64,000 bases of DNA, from assembly GCA_963528575.1 (NCBI GenBank), contig CAURUS010000001.1, forward strand, positions 108,807 through 172,806, given 5' to 3'. Positions 1-9,934 of the stretch are shown piece after piece; positions within the stretch are counted from its first letter, which is position 1, and every line of letters starts with the position of its first letter. The notes below the pieces were generated by a model. The model was not told where the DNA came from. It ran no database searches and worked only from the letters and a program-made list of their open reading frames with translations. A program made the position numbers and the translations under genes. This stretch comes from an uncultured Candidatus Saccharibacteria bacterium. GTDB lineage: Bacteria > Patescibacteriota > Saccharimonadia > Saccharimonadales > Saccharimonadaceae.

Positions 1-1334
1 CCGAAAGTACCCCAATCAAGCAATTCTTTGGCTAATTTTGTACCAACATGCTCGCCCTCTTTACGCACATATGAACGGGTAGCGTATGACAAAGCTAACT
101 GTTGAGCCACACGCTTATTCGGCGTTACCGCAGCGATTGGCAACTCTGGACGACAGGCAGCAATCCGCGCAGCCGTCGCGCCAGATTTAGTTTCGGCGAT
201 AATCACATCGGCGTCTACTTGGTTAGCTACTACTACCGCAGCATTAGCAATCGCATTACGGCGGCGGTTCTTCTCGCCATATTCAATCGGCATGTCATTC
301 ATCGGCCAGCGCGACTGTGTGTAACGCACCGTCTTGGCCATCATTTTGACTGCCTCGACAGGATAACTACCATTAGCTGTCTCATCAGAGAGCATCACCA
401 CATCAGCACCGAGGATTACTGCTGTTGCTACATCGCTAACTTCGGCGCGAGTAGGCTCTGGATTATCGACCATACTGGCTAACATTTGCGTTGCCACTAT
501 TGATAGTTTACCGTATTTGCGACACAAGCGAATTGCTTCGCGCTCAACAATCGGTACAATCTCGGGACTAGTCTCGACCGCTAAGTCGCCGCGCGCAATC
601 ATCACGCCATCAGCAGCCTTGACTATTTCTTTGAGCGACTCCATCTCGATGGCTGCTTTGGTCTCAACTTTCGCAATAATCTGTGCTGTTGAACCGTGGC
701 TTAGCATAATCTGCCGCAAGTTATTAATATCGTCAGCGCTCTGAATAAAACTGAGGGCTACAAAATCAATATCTTTGTCGGCGCCAAACTCTACGTCAGC
801 CAAATCTTTTGGCGTTAAAATATCGCCGCCAAAGTCGGTGTCTGGCAGATTCAAGCCTTTACGGCTCATCAAAAATCCATCATTCAGAATACGAATCTTG
901 ATTGCTGTATCGCTAACCCGCTCAATCATCTCGCCGCGAATCTTGCCGTCGAACAAGTAAACTGGCTCGCCAACCTTGACTTTGTTAGCTAAATTGTATT
1001 GAATCGGCAAATTCGTACTGCCATCGTGTTCTTGAATTGCATGATCGAGAACGATCTCGTCGCCAGCTTTAACATCTAAGTGGTTGTTCTTTAGAACGCC
1101 GAGACGAATTTTTGGTCCTTGTAAATCTTGCAAGATTGCTACCGTTCGGCCAACTTCGGCGCTAGCATCACGAATCCACTTGATCTGATCGAGCCGTTCT
1201 TCGTACGATCCATGGCTAAAGTTCAAACGAAAGCCATTTGCGCCAGCTTCAATTAATTGTTTGATTTTCTCTGGTGAATTTGTGGCTGGCCCCAGAGTCG
1301 CCAGTATCTTAGTCCTTTTAAATGTATTACTCAT
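1..1334 (-). CDS. pyk: Pyruvate kinase, C-terminus cut by window edge
   Basis: Own translation of minus strand from ATG at 1334: MSNTFKRTKILATLGPATNSPEKIKQLIEAGANGFRLNFSHGSYEERL...KVETKAAIE...MIARGDLAVE...MLSDETANG. Absent from the ORF track because no stop lies inside the window. Confidence 0.9.
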   Translation of the reverse strand, partial: MSNTFKRTKILATLGPATNSPEKIKQLIEAGANGFRLNFSHGSYEERLDQIKWIRDASAEVGRTVAILQDLQGPKIRLGVLKNNHLDVKAGDEIVLDHAIQEHDGSTNLPIQYNLANKVKVGEPVYLFDGKIRGEMIERVSDTAIKIRILNDGFLMSRKGLNLPDTDFGGDILTPKDLADVEFGADKDIDFVALSFIQSADDINNLRQIMLSHGSTAQIIAKVETKAAIEMESLKEIVKAADGVMIARGDLAVETSPEIVPIVEREAIRLCRKYGKLSIVATQMLASMVDNPEPTRAEVSDVATAVILGADVVMLSDETANGSYPVEAVKMMAKTVRYTQSRWPMNDMPIEYGEKNRRRNAIANAAVVVANQVDADVIIAETKSGATAARIAACRPELPIAAVTPNKRVAQQLALSYATRSYVRKEGEHVGTKLAKELLDWGTF

Positions 1335-1418
1335 AGATAGTTATTATACTCTAATGTGTTCCACAAAAATAGTACGCCCAGACTAGGACGTACTTGACAA
1401 GTGCAAGTTTATATTATA

Positions 1419-1493
1419 TGGTGACCTTACCGGGAATCGAACCCGGATTGCCAGGATGAAAACCTGGTGTCCTAACCGTTAGACGATAAGGCC
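1419..1493 (-). tRNA. tRNA-Glu (anticodon TTC), CCA encoded
   Basis: Manual cloverleaf: GGCCTTA/TAAGGTC acceptor, anticodon arm CCAGG-TTTTCAT-CCTGG, T-arm CCGGG-TTCGATT-CCCGG, 75 nt. Confidence 0.9.
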
Positions 1494-1544
1494 GCACTTA
1501 CAGATATATTAACAGATTGACCTTATTTGCGCAATAAACAACTG

Positions 1545-4328
1545 CTAATACCGCGGTGGCAGCTCGGTTGTGGTGTCGGTTGAAATAGAACTGTTTGCGT
1601 TAGCTTTATTATAGGCCCACAAGTACGTATCCATCCGCGCGTTAATAATCTCCGCTGGCGTGGTATAACCATTCTCATTACCAGCCGAACCGTCAGCTCC
1701 GTGAGTACGGCGCAGCTGCAAAACACGCGCCGACACTACCCCATTAATCTGTAACGGCTTGTCACAAACCGTCGATTTCAATCCGCTAGTATAATCAGAT
1801 CGGATCAATGCTGATCGAACACCGCTCTCATCAACTTCGCAGGTAGAAATTACACCGCCCACGCCAGCATTAGTACCCGAAGCAATTAGCCAAGCATCAA
1901 TATTAGTCACACTATCCTTAACAATAATATTGCGTGCATAGATCACAGCCTGCGGCAATTGACTAGCGCTAGAGAAATTACCAGTATCATAACGTATGTC
2001 GCCGTCTACGACCACTGTCTTGTCACCGGCATCAATGATAACCGACCTACCCACCCCAACAGTGCCGCCCGACAAATTCACGATTGGGCGCGACGATGAT
2101 AATTTGTACGAACCATCCAGTCCGTTAAGCGAGATAGTCTCGCCCGCCAACGGACGCTGAGCGCCAAAATAACTAGATTTGACAGTATTTTGCGCGCCGA
2201 TAGTTCCCCATTGCCCATATCTAGCCTTATTATTGGCAAATGTTAGACCATTTAACTCGCTATCTGCCGCTATACCCAACCGCGATGTCGTACCCATGCC
2301 AGAAAGAGCACCTCCTGATGCCGACACAACATTTGACCGGCTATACGAGGAAATTTCTGGCGCAAACATACCATACTCACCCCAGCTGCCGATCGAATGA
2401 GTATTGCCACTCATAGTTAACGTACGCGCGCCGCCAGTATAGATGCCCGACTTATACTGCTGGGTGATTAAAGCATTCGCGATATTGCTCGACCCGACAC
2501 GCACATCGCCACCCCAGATTTGTACCATTGGCCTCTTGGAAATACGGTAGCAACGCGGATACGATACACGGCGTTTTGAAGAATCTCCCGTTGTATCCCA
2601 GTTATACTTATTAACAGTAGCTACCCGGCAAATTACATCGCCAATCTTGTATCGTGCCGTATCAAGCGCCGATGTATCAATAACTTCAGTCCTATCAAAA
2701 GCACTCTGCTTGTTATTTGTTGGTGTACAATCGCTGATTTTACCAGACAACTGGGGCTGAGAATTGAGCCAAGAGCATGTGTTCACGCCTGCACCATAGG
2801 TCGTATCGGCATAATGCCTGTCTCCATCATTCTTATTGAATATGCCATTTAGTATACTGCCCAGTTGACCATCCGACATTTCTGCAGCCGATCCGGTGAA
2901 GGCAAACGTAAAGACATCGGCATCACTACTGCCGCCAGCTTCGCGACGCCCGCCCGTATTGTATATGGCGCTATCTAACGTTGTCGCATTACCTTGTTCT
3001 AGTACGCCAATAGCCGTTGACCCGCCCGCCGAACCAACTCCTGGCACCAAATTAAAGTCCGAAGCCACCCTTGCGCAGGCAGGTTCGCTCGAAGCCCAGT
3101 CCCTACGTACTACCGAGTCTGGCCACGTCCACCATATCTGCGTACATATATAAGACCCCGCTCGGCTACCGTCGTTGGGTACGCGAATCTTCATACAATC
3201 GTCACCATCCCGACCACTCCAAGTATTTGTATTATTAGGACTTTGCACTAAGTTATTAAGCGCTGACCGGCATTTATTATTATAAATATTACTGACCGCT
3301 CCGCGTGCAATGAGAACTCTATGTCCATTATTGCTACCACCGCAATGGCGCCAATCCTTACTGGCACAGCTAGCAACATCGTGCAGATTATTAAAATATG
3401 CCGACTCTATAACTACTTGTACGCTAGAATTTGTATGCTGATAATTTGAATACGGAGTATTCCGAAGAGTCGCTATAAATTCGGCCTGTTTTCCAGGAAA
3501 AACATCTGGTTTACCATCTAGATGCCGTTCAGCGTACGGGCGAGAAGTACCAAAGGCATTGGAATTATTATAATTCGCATAAGTCTTGTTGTCGGAACGA
3601 TTATAGATATAGCTTTCGCCTTGGACTTTCCAGCCGCTAGGTCGCGGCTTACGGCGTACCCACAGCGAGATATTGTCGGTACCGCAGTTAACATGAGAAC
3701 CGCTATAAGTGTATACTTTATTACCTCTCATGACCGCCAAACAGCTTTTCGCACCAAACGTAACTAGCTCTGACGGGCCGCCAGGTTGAGCGACACCGTT
3801 AACGTCAGCTCCTAGATTTAACTGATCCCATTCGCTTTCACCGTTTATCCATTGATATTCAGGACCACCGCCGCCATAATAACCCCTATTAAAGAAATAA
3901 TTGCCATTGCCGTCTATATGACCTGCTGGATTAGTTACCCAAACAGACCTGCCCTGCCCGTTGAAAGTGAAAAGAGAGTAAATTCTAATTGGATTACGAA
4001 ATCGTTGGGTATTCCACGAGCCTCGTATGGTAAAGTATAGTGTTGTTGCATTCCAGTCCATCTCGATCGGGTTGGTCGGTGAAGACCCCACCATACTGAA
4101 ATAGTTTGTATTATGATAAGACGCCCACCAGACAGCGCACGGGTGATTAATATAATCGCCGCAAGGATCGCCGCCCCAAGCTTGCCGTTCCATATCGTTA
4201 CGTCCAGAATTCCAACCATAAACCGCATACGACGTATCACTTCTCAGCAAACAGACAACACCTGCGGCCACTACAATAACAAAACAGCCAAGCCACCACT
4301 TCAAGCCACGCAGCAGCCCCTTGTGCAT
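1545..4328 (-). CDS. Large (927 aa) Cys-rich secreted/surface protein with N-terminal TM anchor, function unknown
   Basis: Long uninterrupted ORF. N-terminal hydrophobic segment WWLGCFVIVVAAGVVCLL. No motif I can assign. TAATG overlap with the upstream 147-aa gene. Confidence 0.75.
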   Translation of the reverse strand: MHKGLLRGLKWWLGCFVIVVAAGVVCLLRSDTSYAVYGWNSGRNDMERQAWGGDPCGDYINHPCAVWWASYHNTNYFSMVGSSPTNPIEMDWNATTLYFTIRGSWNTQRFRNPIRIYSLFTFNGQGRSVWVTNPAGHIDGNGNYFFNRGYYGGGGPEYQWINGESEWDQLNLGADVNGVAQPGGPSELVTFGAKSCLAVMRGNKVYTYSGSHVNCGTDNISLWVRRKPRPSGWKVQGESYIYNRSDNKTYANYNNSNAFGTSRPYAERHLDGKPDVFPGKQAEFIATLRNTPYSNYQHTNSSVQVVIESAYFNNLHDVASCASKDWRHCGGSNNGHRVLIARGAVSNIYNNKCRSALNNLVQSPNNTNTWSGRDGDDCMKIRVPNDGSRAGSYICTQIWWTWPDSVVRRDWASSEPACARVASDFNLVPGVGSAGGSTAIGVLEQGNATTLDSAIYNTGGRREAGGSSDADVFTFAFTGSAAEMSDGQLGSILNGIFNKNDGDRHYADTTYGAGVNTCSWLNSQPQLSGKISDCTPTNNKQSAFDRTEVIDTSALDTARYKIGDVICRVATVNKYNWDTTGDSSKRRVSYPRCYRISKRPMVQIWGGDVRVGSSNIANALITQQYKSGIYTGGARTLTMSGNTHSIGSWGEYGMFAPEISSYSRSNVVSASGGALSGMGTTSRLGIAADSELNGLTFANNKARYGQWGTIGAQNTVKSSYFGAQRPLAGETISLNGLDGSYKLSSSRPIVNLSGGTVGVGRSVIIDAGDKTVVVDGDIRYDTGNFSSASQLPQAVIYARNIIVKDSVTNIDAWLIASGTNAGVGGVISTCEVDESGVRSALIRSDYTSGLKSTVCDKPLQINGVVSARVLQLRRTHGADGSAGNENGYTTPAEIINARMDTYLWAYNKANANSSISTDTTTELPPRY

Positions 4329-4771
4329 TATTGCTTATTCTCCGGAACTGATTGCTTACTGCGCAGTAAATTTAACTGCTCGACATTAACTGGCACCTTC
4401 AGTCTGCCGCTAGCGTATATTCCTTTGTCTGACAGGTTTTTTATTTTGTTATATAACTCGTCCGTCTTCTGGCTATGACCGTTCACATCTGCGGTCGTAT
4501 GATAAAAATACAAAGCAACAACACACGTGGCGTCATCAGCGTAGTGATTCTTTTTTTCTATTTCGCCAGCAATCTTCTTCAGATTATCAGGGGAAGATAT
4601 ACTACCATTAAACTTATCAATGATATCATTTCCGCACACATTATAGTAAACCAGCGCGCGCTGTTCTGGCGTTTTTACGCCGCCGTAAAGATATCCCAGT
4701 GCTGCCGCAGCGACAACAGCTGCTATAACCGCCAGGCCGCCGCCTATGATAAATCCCGTCTTCCTCTTCAT
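4328..4771 (-). CDS. Small membrane-anchored protein, unknown function
   Basis: 147-aa ORF, N-terminal TM (FIIGGGLAVIAAVVAAAALGYLY). Stop overlaps the start of the 927-aa gene (operon). Confidence 0.6.
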   Translation of the reverse strand: MKRKTGFIIGGGLAVIAAVVAAAALGYLYGGVKTPEQRALVYYNVCGNDIIDKFNGSISSPDNLKKIAGEIEKKNHYADDATCVVALYFYHTTADVNGHSQKTDELYNKIKNLSDKGIYASGRLKVPVNVEQLNLLRSKQSVPENKQ

Positions 4772-4788
4772 AAATAAAAGTATACCAT

Positions 4789-6042
4789 TTATGCTTTGCT
4801 GCCGTCTAGAGCTGGCGGCGACTTTAACTCCGCAATCGGTAGCCGAAAGCCAAAAGTACTACCCTTGCCGAGCTCCGATTCGAAAATCATCGTACCGCCA
4901 TGCCCTTCGACTACTTTCTTCGCCAAGAACAAGCCGATTCCCGTGCCGTCCGGCCGCTGCCGCCGAGCGTTATCGCCGCGAAAGAACTTAGTGCCGAGCT
5001 TTTTCTTGGCAGATGGCGATACGCCCATTCCCTTATCGATTACCCGCAAAACTGCCTGGCCATCTTCAATTGACAATCGGACCTTTACCGTATTAGCGTC
5101 TGGTGAATAATAAATAGCGTTATCAATGAAATTCATAATAACTTGGCGAATCTTGGTGTCGTCTAGATACAGCAGCGGAAAGCGCGCTGGCTGGCGATAC
5201 GTGACCTTGACCTTATGCGTATTTGCCACCTGATCTACGTTCGCAACCTCTTCGGCAACCAGCTGCGACAAATTAACCGCTGTACGATTGATAATAAATT
5301 TACCAGTCTGCAAACGGCTCACGTTCAAAAAATCACTAACCAATCGCACCATCCGCTCGCTGCTGCGAAAAGCCTCTTCTAGCAGCTGCCGCTGCGGCGG
5401 TGTAATCTCGCCAGCGTCGCCCTCGAGAACCATACTCAGGTAGCCCTTCACGCTGGTCAGCGGCGTCCGCAGCTGGTGGCTGGCCATACTGACAAACTCA
5501 TCTTTAGTGGCATCCAGGGCCTGCAATCTTTTGTTGGACTGGCGCAGCTGACTGGTCGCCTCATCGACTTCCTTCTCTAAATTTCCAGCTAAGCGGCGAA
5601 TCTCCTCTAGGCGAAACATGTTCAAAAGCGCCACCGATAGATTACGCGCCAAAACATCAAACAGCTCAAATTCCTTACCGCGAATCTCGCAGCCGTCACG
5701 CCGCTCGCCAATTACCAGGCAACCAATTTTCTGATCGGCAACACATAGCGGTAAGATTGCTGCAATACCATATCGAGTATAATCACCAATGTCGCCAGAA
5801 CCAAGCGTCTGCGAATCCAACCATGCCGGCACATTACGCTTGCCAGCAATATACGGCTGGTGATATTGATCGCAAAAAGCCACGCCAGCAAAACGTACTT
5901 GCAGTACACTAACAAAAGTTTCTAAATAGCTATTTAGCAATGTATCAATATCTTTGGCATCAACCATTTTGCGCGTCAGAACGTCCACAACTTGTTGCGA
6001 ACGATACGATGGACGGCGAACTCTACCAAAAAACCGCTTCAT
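4789..6042 (-). CDS. Cytoplasmic sensor histidine kinase (GAF-like N-domain, HisKA, HATPase_c)
   Basis: H-box [14 protein letters not shown]; N box [11 protein letters not shown]; G boxes DKGMGV and [10 protein letters not shown]. No TM segment. Confidence 0.9.
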   Translation of the reverse strand: MKRFFGRVRRPSYRSQQVVDVLTRKMVDAKDIDTLLNSYLETFVSVLQVRFAGVAFCDQYHQPYIAGKRNVPAWLDSQTLGSGDIGDYTRYGIAAILPLCVADQKIGCLVIGERRDGCEIRGKEFELFDVLARNLSVALLNMFRLEEIRRLAGNLEKEVDEATSQLRQSNKRLQALDATKDEFVSMASHQLRTPLTSVKGYLSMVLEGDAGEITPPQRQLLEEAFRSSERMVRLVSDFLNVSRLQTGKFIINRTAVNLSQLVAEEVANVDQVANTHKVKVTYRQPARFPLLYLDDTKIRQVIMNFIDNAIYYSPDANTVKVRLSIEDGQAVLRVIDKGMGVSPSAKKKLGTKFFRGDNARRQRPDGTGIGLFLAKKVVEGHGGTMIFESELGKGSTFGFRLPIAELKSPPALDGSKA

Positions 6043-6120
6043 TGCCTTTATAGTACACTTTTCTCGACGATAACGCTAGAGCTTACTCGAAAAGTAACCG
6101 GGATATGCTATTATAAAAGC

Positions 6121-6495
6121 ATGACAACTATCGCTATTATCGAGGACGATCAAGTAATCAACCAAATGTACCGGATGAAGTTCGAGGCGGCTGGATTCGA
6201 TGTGGTTACTGCCAGCGACGGCGAGACTGGCGTCAAAGTGGTTCAGCATGCTAATCCTGACATCATTTTGCTTGATCTGCAAATGCCGAATATGAACGGC
6301 ACCGAAGCGCTGCGAAAAATCCGCCAGCAGCCCGCTAATGCTAATACGCCAGTTATCATTCTAACCAACCTAGGCGAAGAAGAGGCACCTGCCGAGCTGC
6401 GTAACCTAGGTATTCATAGTTATATCGTCAAGGCTAATCTAACACCTAGCCAAGTTGTCATCCACGCCAAAGAAGCACTGAACGATAAGCGATAG
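6121..6495 (+). CDS. Single-domain response regulator (receiver only, CheY-like)
   Basis: MTTIAIIEDD...ILLDLQMPNMNG...VIILTN...KA. Start trimmed from the 5992 ORF to the ATG at 6121, which sits 6 nt after TGcTATTAT (6106-6114). Confidence 0.9.
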   Translation: MTTIAIIEDDQVINQMYRMKFEAAGFDVVTASDGETGVKVVQHANPDIILLDLQMPNMNGTEALRKIRQQPANANTPVIILTNLGEEEAPAELRNLGIHSYIVKANLTPSQVVIHAKEALNDKR

Positions 6496-6500
6496 AATTA

Positions 6501-7316
6501 CTATAACTTACCAACTTGCCGCAAGCACGCCTCAATCAGATGATCAAATAATACTGCGTATGTCAACGGACCGACACCGCCCTTTTGCGGTGTAATCTTA
6601 ATATCGCTGCGCTGGCGAACTGCATCGTCAACATCGCCGACCAACACGCCACCTTCGCTCGCCGTACCAGCATCCACCACTACCGTCTCTGGCGCGATCA
6701 TTTCGGAGGTGATCAAGCGCGGCACGCCGGTCGCTGTTACAATTACGTTACATTTTCGCAAACTATCCGCGGTAGCTGGATTCGCTTTGTCGTAGACCTG
6801 CACGTTTAGACCGCGCTGCTGCCACATTTTTTCGAGCGGTGCTCCGACAAGCTTACCACGGCCCACGATGGCAATTTGCTTATCCGGTAACTCGATATTA
6901 TACCCAGCCAATAGCCAATCGATTGCCTGCGCAGTAGCACTCGGATAGATACTATTAACCCCTAAACCATCAACATCTTTCTCTGGCGCGATTAATTGGC
7001 ACAGCTTTTCGGTCTGCGACACGTCATCAATCGGCAATTGCAAAATTATCCCCTGCACCGCTGAGTCGTTATTAGCTTGCTCAATCGCCACTGCTATATC
7101 AGCTTGCGCGACTGTTTGTACGTCAACATCAATCAGAATATCTGCTGCGTAACGTGTTTTCATCCGAACATACGTTTGAATCGCTTGGCTAGCGTTTTTG
7201 CTCATTATAATAACTAGTTTTGGTACCACACCATATTCTTGGCGTAGATTTCGTACTTGACGCGCTTGGCGCTGCTTAATAAAACCTTGCAGTTCCTTGC
7301 CGTTTAACTCTTTCAT
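6501..7316 (-). CDS. folD: Bifunctional methylene-THF dehydrogenase/methenyl-THF cyclohydrolase
   Basis: 271 aa, ...VIVGRGKLVGAPL...TPQKGGVGPLTYAVL; typical FolD length and motifs. Confidence 0.92.
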   Translation of the reverse strand: MKELNGKELQGFIKQRQARQVRNLRQEYGVVPKLVIIMSKNASQAIQTYVRMKTRYAADILIDVDVQTVAQADIAVAIEQANNDSAVQGIILQLPIDDVSQTEKLCQLIAPEKDVDGLGVNSIYPSATAQAIDWLLAGYNIELPDKQIAIVGRGKLVGAPLEKMWQQRGLNVQVYDKANPATADSLRKCNVIVTATGVPRLITSEMIAPETVVVDAGTASEGGVLVGDVDDAVRQRSDIKITPQKGGVGPLTYAVLFDHLIEACLRQVGKL

Positions 7317-8947
7317 GATATACTGTCCTTTCTATCATCAATAAAAGCTGCCCATTGCCGGATCTTGCGCAAAATGGTTTTGAGCGGTAATTCGATTAAC
7401 ATATCCAACACCATCGACACAATATTAACCTGCGCGTATTTATCACTCATCCACCGGCCAGCGACTACAAACGGCAAATACAGCGTATCGCGTACAAAGG
7501 TAAAGCCGTTGCTAGCACTGCGCACAATCTCGAGATCGCGAATCAACCGGCTCAAGCGAAAGCCTAGGAAGCTCGCCGCCGAGAAAAATACAAAGAAAAT
7601 AATAATATGCACTGGTGAAAAACCAATCAACGTCAGCAGCCAAGTCGCCAGCGCGAACACCGCCAGACTCATTACGCCGTACATAATCGAAAACATCGAG
7701 CCATACGTCCGTCCCGCTAATTGCCGCCGCATCAGTACAGTATTATCGCCGCCGTAGAGCATCTGATCGACTCGTTTAATCAGCGCTTCGGTATTTGCGT
7801 ATCCCGGCACATTCAGCGTTAAGCGCAGCAACACCATGTATATCGGCGGGAAGAACAAATTGATCATCAGCACCAACCACTCAATTTGTCCGTGCGCCCA
7901 TAGGTCATACGGCACTTCAATAGCGATGCCAATCAAAAACTTAGTAATTACCAAGAAGACCACGCTGCGCATAATAGCCCGGTTAATTCGCGCCATCATG
8001 CTAGAATATTCACGGTTCACTTGCCGCTCAAATTCGTCGAGAAATGCCTCGCGCTTTTGTAACAACGCCGGGAAGTCGTCTTGCGTCTCCATCATATGGC
8101 GAATAACGCGCAGCGGCGCCCCCTGCCGATCAACCACGCGGCGCAGTTCTTCAACCGACGCGCTGCGCAGCATCTTATCAATTTTACGATTAAATTCGAC
8201 AAAAGCATCAAGGGATTCAACGCTTGTTCCGTAACGCACCAACAGCCCTGCGCGCACCGTGGCTACGTCGCTCTTCATCAGCGCCTGCTGAATAGCCACA
8301 TAAAGCGCAGCTCCATATTCATCAGCCGAAGTCGATTGCAGCGCATCCCGCGGAATTGCTGTCTCGAAATATTCATACGCAAAATCAATAAACGCATGAT
8401 CGCCTGCGTGATCAACCAATACATTCGCCGCCAATACCGACAGAGTTTCTAACAGCCATGCCGAAGAACGATCTAAATTGATTGAACGATCAGCAATCAG
8501 CTTTTCATACGCTTTATAGTGCGCTGTTGCTAGTTTTGAAATCTCTTTGATTTGGCTGCGCGACACGCTATCGTTGGGCAAATATCCCGCAAAAGTCAAT
8601 TCAACCACCAATTCTTCGCCGCTTTTGCGGACCAACGCCTCATCGCGAACAATAAACGATTGTTTGAAAAACCGCCGGATAGCATTTTGTAGCAGCAAGT
8701 GCTCCTCGGTATTTTCAGCGGCGTTGCGCAGCTGCTCGTAAGCCGCCGTCAACATGCCGCCAGCACCAACGACATTAATTTTATCAGCCTGACTAAGTAT
8801 TTGTTGCCGCTCATCAGACTGCCGCTGTGCACGTATAACACCTGCCCGCAAGTGGGCGCCAATTTGATTCAACTCTGGCATTATTCGTATATTATCGTCG
8901 ATTTTCACAGAATTAGCAAGAGTAAGCGTCATCATTTGACTACCCAA
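7313..8947 (-). CDS. Membrane protein, unknown function (soluble N-half, multi-TM C-half)
   Basis: 544-aa ORF, ATGA overlap with folD. C-terminal hydrophobic helices. Start (TTG 8947 or ATG 8935) uncertain. Confidence 0.7.
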   Translation of the reverse strand: MGSQMMTLTLANSVKIDDNIRIMPELNQIGAHLRAGVIRAQRQSDERQQILSQADKINVVGAGGMLTAAYEQLRNAAENTEEHLLLQNAIRRFFKQSFIVRDEALVRKSGEELVVELTFAGYLPNDSVSRSQIKEISKLATAHYKAYEKLIADRSINLDRSSAWLLETLSVLAANVLVDHAGDHAFIDFAYEYFETAIPRDALQSTSADEYGAALYVAIQQALMKSDVATVRAGLLVRYGTSVESLDAFVEFNRKIDKMLRSASVEELRRVVDRQGAPLRVIRHMMETQDDFPALLQKREAFLDEFERQVNREYSSMMARINRAIMRSVVFLVITKFLIGIAIEVPYDLWAHGQIEWLVLMINLFFPPIYMVLLRLTLNVPGYANTEALIKRVDQMLYGGDNTVLMRRQLAGRTYGSMFSIMYGVMSLAVFALATWLLTLIGFSPVHIIIFFVFFSAASFLGFRLSRLIRDLEIVRSASNGFTFVRDTLYLPFVVAGRWMSDKYAQVNIVSMVLDMLIELPLKTILRKIRQWAAFIDDRKDSIS

Positions 8948-9012
8948 CAGACCGAAAATTCCTAGCGTTCATATTTACTTTTACCTCTATCTATGCTATA
9001 ATGAAAAGATAA

Positions 9013-9089
9013 GGGCCAGTAGCTCAGCTGGTTAGAGCACCTGCCTCTTAAGCAGGGTGTCGAGGGTTCGAGCCCCTCCTGGCCCTCCA
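9013..9089 (+). tRNA. tRNA-Lys (anticodon CTT), CCA encoded
   Basis: GGGCCAG/CTGGCCC acceptor, arm CCTGC-CTCTTAA-GCAGG, T-arm GAGGG-TTCGAGC-CCCTC. TGcTATAAT at 8994-9002 upstream. Confidence 0.9.
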
Positions 9090-9102
9090 CGAAACTCCAT
9101 GT

Positions 9103-9133
9103 AAAAAACTCATCATTGCGATGAGTTTTTATT
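9103..9133 (+). terminator. Intrinsic terminator after tRNA-Lys
   Basis: ACTCATC-ATTGC-GATGAGT followed by TTTTT. Confidence 0.6.
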
Positions 9134-9150
9134 ATCGGCTAGTTGAATAA

Positions 9151-9227
9151 TGGTACCCCGAGCAGGGTTCGAACCTGCGGCCTTGAGCTTAGAAGTCTCC
9201 TGCTCTATCCAGCTGAGCTATCGGGGC
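9151..9227 (-). tRNA. tRNA-Arg (anticodon TCT), CCA encoded
   Basis: GCCCCGA/TCGGGGT acceptor (G1.U72), D-arm GCTC-AGCTGGATA-GAGC, loop CTTCTAA, T-arm GCAGG-TTCGAAC-CCTGC. The anticodon stem has only 3 Watson-Crick pairs (GGAGA/GCTCA). Confidence 0.8.
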
Positions 9228-9328
9228 ACTCTGAAAATGTATTTAGTCGCCCGATTCGCTTAGACAAAAGCTGGATAGAGCTATGCGATTTTTGTCGCTG
9301 AGGGCTCGCCAGCTGAGCTATCGGGGCA
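9209..9328 (-). repeat. Direct repeat: 5' 20 nt of tRNA-Arg(TCT) duplicated exactly 100 nt upstream (displaced tRNA 5' fragment at 9309-9328)
   Basis: ccagctgagctatcggggca occurs at 9209-9228 (inside the tRNA) and 9309-9328. The spacer contains agctggatagagc (9269-9281), the reverse complement of D-arm 9202-9214. Confidence 0.9.
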
Positions 9329-9335
9329 AATATTT

Positions 9336-9410
9336 TGGTGCGGGTGCGGAGAATCGAACTCCGATCTCGAGTTTGGAAAACTCGCATACTAACCGCTGTA
9401 CTACACCCGC
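9336..9410 (-). tRNA. tRNA-Gly (anticodon TCC), CCA encoded
   Basis: GCGGGTG/CACCCGC acceptor, arm CGAGT-TTTCCAA-ACTCG, T-arm CGGAG-TTCGATT-CTCCG. TATAAT lies 9 nt upstream of the mature 5' end. Confidence 0.9.
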
Positions 9411-9451
9411 GCACTATACATTATATCATTACGTTAGTGTATAATAAAAGC

Positions 9452-9871
9452 ATGGGACGTTTATTTGACCGCTTCTCAACTAATAGCACACAGAGCGATG
9501 CTATGCATTCAAGCGGATTAACCAATAACAAGCCACAGATTGGTGGCAGGATTGCCAAAAATAGCTTTCAACAGCGCCAAAGCACCAACACTAACCGGCA
9601 ATATATCGGCGCATACAAGGATTCTGGAGTCAGAAACGCTTATCGCAAAGCGTGGCAAGACCAGAAAATCGCCGCAGCCAGCACCAATGGCACGCAAGCG
9701 ACTAATAGCAACCAGCCGCAAAGCTCGCGGGTCTCTGATGCAAACTCGCGAAGCGCAGGAACCACGCAAACAAATAAATCGTCGCTCATTACACCTACGA
9801 CCGAACCGACTGTTCCGTCGCGTACTTTCACCGAGCCGATCAAGCCGTCGCGCGACCCGTTCAACCGATAG
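9452..9871 (+). CDS. Hypothetical basic, Q/N/S/T-rich, probably disordered protein (139 aa)
   Basis: ATG at 9452 lies 6 nt after TATAAT (9440-9445). A terminator hairpin follows at 9890-9934. No recognisable domain. The longer 9335 ORF start overlaps tRNA-Gly. Confidence 0.45.
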   Translation: MGRLFDRFSTNSTQSDAMHSSGLTNNKPQIGGRIAKNSFQQRQSTNTNRQYIGAYKDSGVRNAYRKAWQDQKIAAASTNGTQATNSNQPQSSRVSDANSRSAGTTQTNKSSLITPTTEPTVPSRTFTEPIKPSRDPFNR

Positions 9872-9889
9872 TATTTATGATTTAGAGTC

Positions 9890-9934
9890 AAATAAAACAC
9901 CCGAGACTAATGAAGAAAACCGGGTGTTTTATTT
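9890..9934. terminator. Bidirectional intrinsic terminator (14-bp stem)
   Basis: aaataaaacacccg ... cgggtgttttattt, between the plus-strand ORF and the 3' end of tRNA-His. Confidence 0.6.
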
